Shown here one piece after another: positions 38,296-39,680 of a stretch of 39,680 nucleotides of DNA. The stretch lies in IMG/VR virus record IMGVR_UViG_2506520037_000006. One strand, 5' to 3'. How positions within the stretch are numbered: the first letter of the stretch is position 1; every line of letters starts with the position of its first letter. A program made the position numbers and the translations under genes. Origin of the DNA: a virus (taxonomy: Duplodnaviria; Heunggongvirae; Uroviricota; Caudoviricetes). Under the pieces are notes generated by a model. That model ran no database searches and was not told the DNA's origin. It saw only the letters and a list, made by a program, of their open reading frames with translations.

Positions 38296-38484
38296 ATGAA
38301 ATCAATTCGCTGTAAAAACTGCAACAAACTGTTATTTAAGGCGGATTCCTTTGATCACATTGAAATCAGGTGTCCGCGTTGCAAACGTCACATCATAATG
38401 CTGAATGCCTGCGAGCATCCCACGGAGAAACATTGTGGGAAAAGAGAAAAAATCACGCATTCTGACGAAACCGTGCGTTATTGA
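38296..38484 (+). CDS. com: Com, zinc-finger translational activator of mom, 62 aa
   Basis: Translation [32 protein letters not shown]... matches Mu Com. Confidence 0.95.
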   Translation: MKSIRCKNCNKLLFKADSFDHIEIRCPRCKRHIIMLNACEHPTEKHCGKREKITHSDETVRY

Positions 38485-39130
38485 GTATGAAGGCCAGATT
38501 GTTGGCTATGGTTCAAAGGAGCTGCGCGTTGAAACCATATCCTGCTGGCTGGCCCGCACAATTATTCAGACAAAGCACTATTCCCGCCGTTTTGTGAATA
38601 ACTCTTACCTTCACCTGGGGGTATTCAGCGGACGCGATCTGGTTGGCGTTCTCCAGTGGGGATATGCCCTTAACCCCAACTCAGGTCGTCGTGTCGTGCT
38701 TGAAACGGATAACCGGGGCTATATGGAGTTGAACCGCATGTGGCTACACGACGACATGCCCCGCAACTCTGAATCACGGGCCATCAGCTACGCGCTGAAA
38801 GTTATCAGATTACTGTATCCGTCAGTGGAGTGGGTTCAGTCCTTTGCAGATGAACGCTGCGGACGCGCAGGCGTTGTGTATCAGGCGTCGAATTTTGATT
38901 TTATTGGCAGTCATGAAAGTACGTTCTACGAGCTGGATGGTGAGTGGTATCACGAGATAACGATGAACGCGATTAAGCGAGGTGGACAACGAGGCGTGTA
39001 TTTACGGGCTAATAAAGAGCGTGCCGTGGTACACAAATTTAATCAGTATCGCTACATCAGATTCCTGAACAAACGAGCAAGGAAGCGGCTAAATACCAAA
39101 CTATTCAAGGTTCAGCCATACCCTAAGTGA
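38435..39130 (+). CDS. mom: Mom, DNA adenine modification enzyme (anti-restriction), 231 aa from GTG 38435 (in-frame ATG at 38405 would give 241 aa)
   Basis: Overlaps 3' end of com in another frame; translation ...[25 protein letters not shown]...; last gene before right end. Confidence 0.9.
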   Translation: MGKEKKSRILTKPCVIEYEGQIVGYGSKELRVETISCWLARTIIQTKHYSRRFVNNSYLHLGVFSGRDLVGVLQWGYALNPNSGRRVVLETDNRGYMELNRMWLHDDMPRNSESRAISYALKVIRLLYPSVEWVQSFADERCGRAGVVYQASNFDFIGSHESTFYELDGEWYHEITMNAIKRGGQRGVYLRANKERAVVHKFNQYRYIRFLNKRARKRLNTKLFKVQPYPK

Positions 39131-39169
39131 TCCCCATGTAATGAATAAAAAGCAGTAATTAATACATCT

Positions 39170-39245
39170 GTTTCATTTGAAGCGCGAAAGCTAAAGTTTT
39201 CGCATTTATCGTGAAACGCTTTCGCGTTTTTCGTGCGCCGCTTCA
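39170..39245 (+). other. Mu attR: MuA end-binding sites R3, R2, R1
   Basis: Repeats gaagcgcgaaagctaaagttttcgc / cgtgaaacgctttcgcg / tttttcgtgcgccgcttca ending in CA at 39245. Confidence 0.8.
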
Positions 39246-39250
39246 GCCGC
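39246..39250. repeat. Right copy of 5-bp target-site duplication (GCCGC), also the continuation of the interrupted REP unit
   Basis: gccgc followed by atccggca. Confidence 0.85.
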
Positions 39251-39284
39251 ATCCGGCAAGAAAATACATCTCTGTTTTAGTACT

Positions 39285-39680
39285 TTATAAAAGCCCTCTA
39301 ATCACCTCAATAATCCCCGTCGTCGACACCGACGGCGTGCGGGGGAAATAGACCACCTCACAAATATACGCAAAGCTGTCAAACTTCCCTGCCCAGTCAT
39401 CCCCCATCACTAAAATATCCGCACTGTACCCGCGCAAATACTCCGCTTTTTGCTCCAGCGACTCTTCCAGAAATACGCCATCCACGCACGCCAGCCCGGC
39501 GATGATCGCCATGCGGTCATCCTGATGGTAAACCGGTGCCCTGCCCTTTTTGGCGATGTTCAGGGCGTCGGACGATACGCCGACCAGCAGCCGCTCGCCC
39601 AATGCGCGGGCGCGTTGTAAAAGGCGCAGATGACCGACATGAAACACATCGAAGGTGCCGAAGGTGATGACCGTTTTCAT
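39285..39680 (-). CDS. Host glycerol-3-phosphate cytidylyltransferase (TagD-like), 131 aa
   Basis: Translation MKTVITFGTFDVFHVGHLRLLQRARALG... with HxGH nucleotidyltransferase motif and MGDDWAGKFD; strongly resembles Bacillus TagD from memory. Confidence 0.8.
   Translation of the reverse strand: MKTVITFGTFDVFHVGHLRLLQRARALGERLLVGVSSDALNIAKKGRAPVYHQDDRMAIIAGLACVDGVFLEESLEQKAEYLRGYSADILVMGDDWAGKFDSFAYICEVVYFPRTPSVSTTGIIEVIRGLL

Larger units (their letters stand above)
2529..39245 (+). mobile_element. Bacteriophage Mu prophage (transposable phage), complete, 36,717 bp
   Basis: Left end TGTATTGATTCACTTGAAGTACGAAAAAAACC and right end ...CGTTTTTCGTGCGCCGCTTCA match Mu termini from memory; full canonical gene order c..mom; flanking 5-bp direct repeat. 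Confidence 0.95.

Noticed and set aside
2529-39245. Scan for CRISPR arrays, tRNA or rRNA genes
   Set aside because: No direct-repeat/spacer array and no tRNA-like or rRNA-like sequence noticed; the only structured repeats are the Mu ends, the G-segment inverted repeats and the host REP units

Overview
The window is one complete bacteriophage Mu prophage (2529..39245, 36,717 bp) flanked by a 5-bp direct repeat GCCGC and inserted into a REP/BIME palindromic element between two convergent, intact host surface-polysaccharide genes (a three-domain glycosyltransferase/glycerophosphotransferase and a tagD-like cytidylyltransferase). I identified it by recognising Mu proteins and end sequences from memory; no search was run. 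Gene order is the canonical Mu map: attL, c repressor (leftward), ner, A, B, the semi-essential early region (kil to gam to gemA), mor, C, the lysis cassette, head genes D E H F G I/Z T, tail and baseplate genes J K L M Y N P Q V W R S U, the invertible G segment with gin, then com-mom and attR. The G segment is in the G(+) orientation, with S/U expressed and S'v/U' silent. No rRNA, tRNA or CRISPR array was seen. Almost all of this is well-described biology, so I do not see a clearly novel system. The points most worth a second look are a leftward ORF with a good ribosome-binding site inside the otherwise rightward early region, the small uncharacterised early and membrane proteins, and the host glycerol-phosphate locus.
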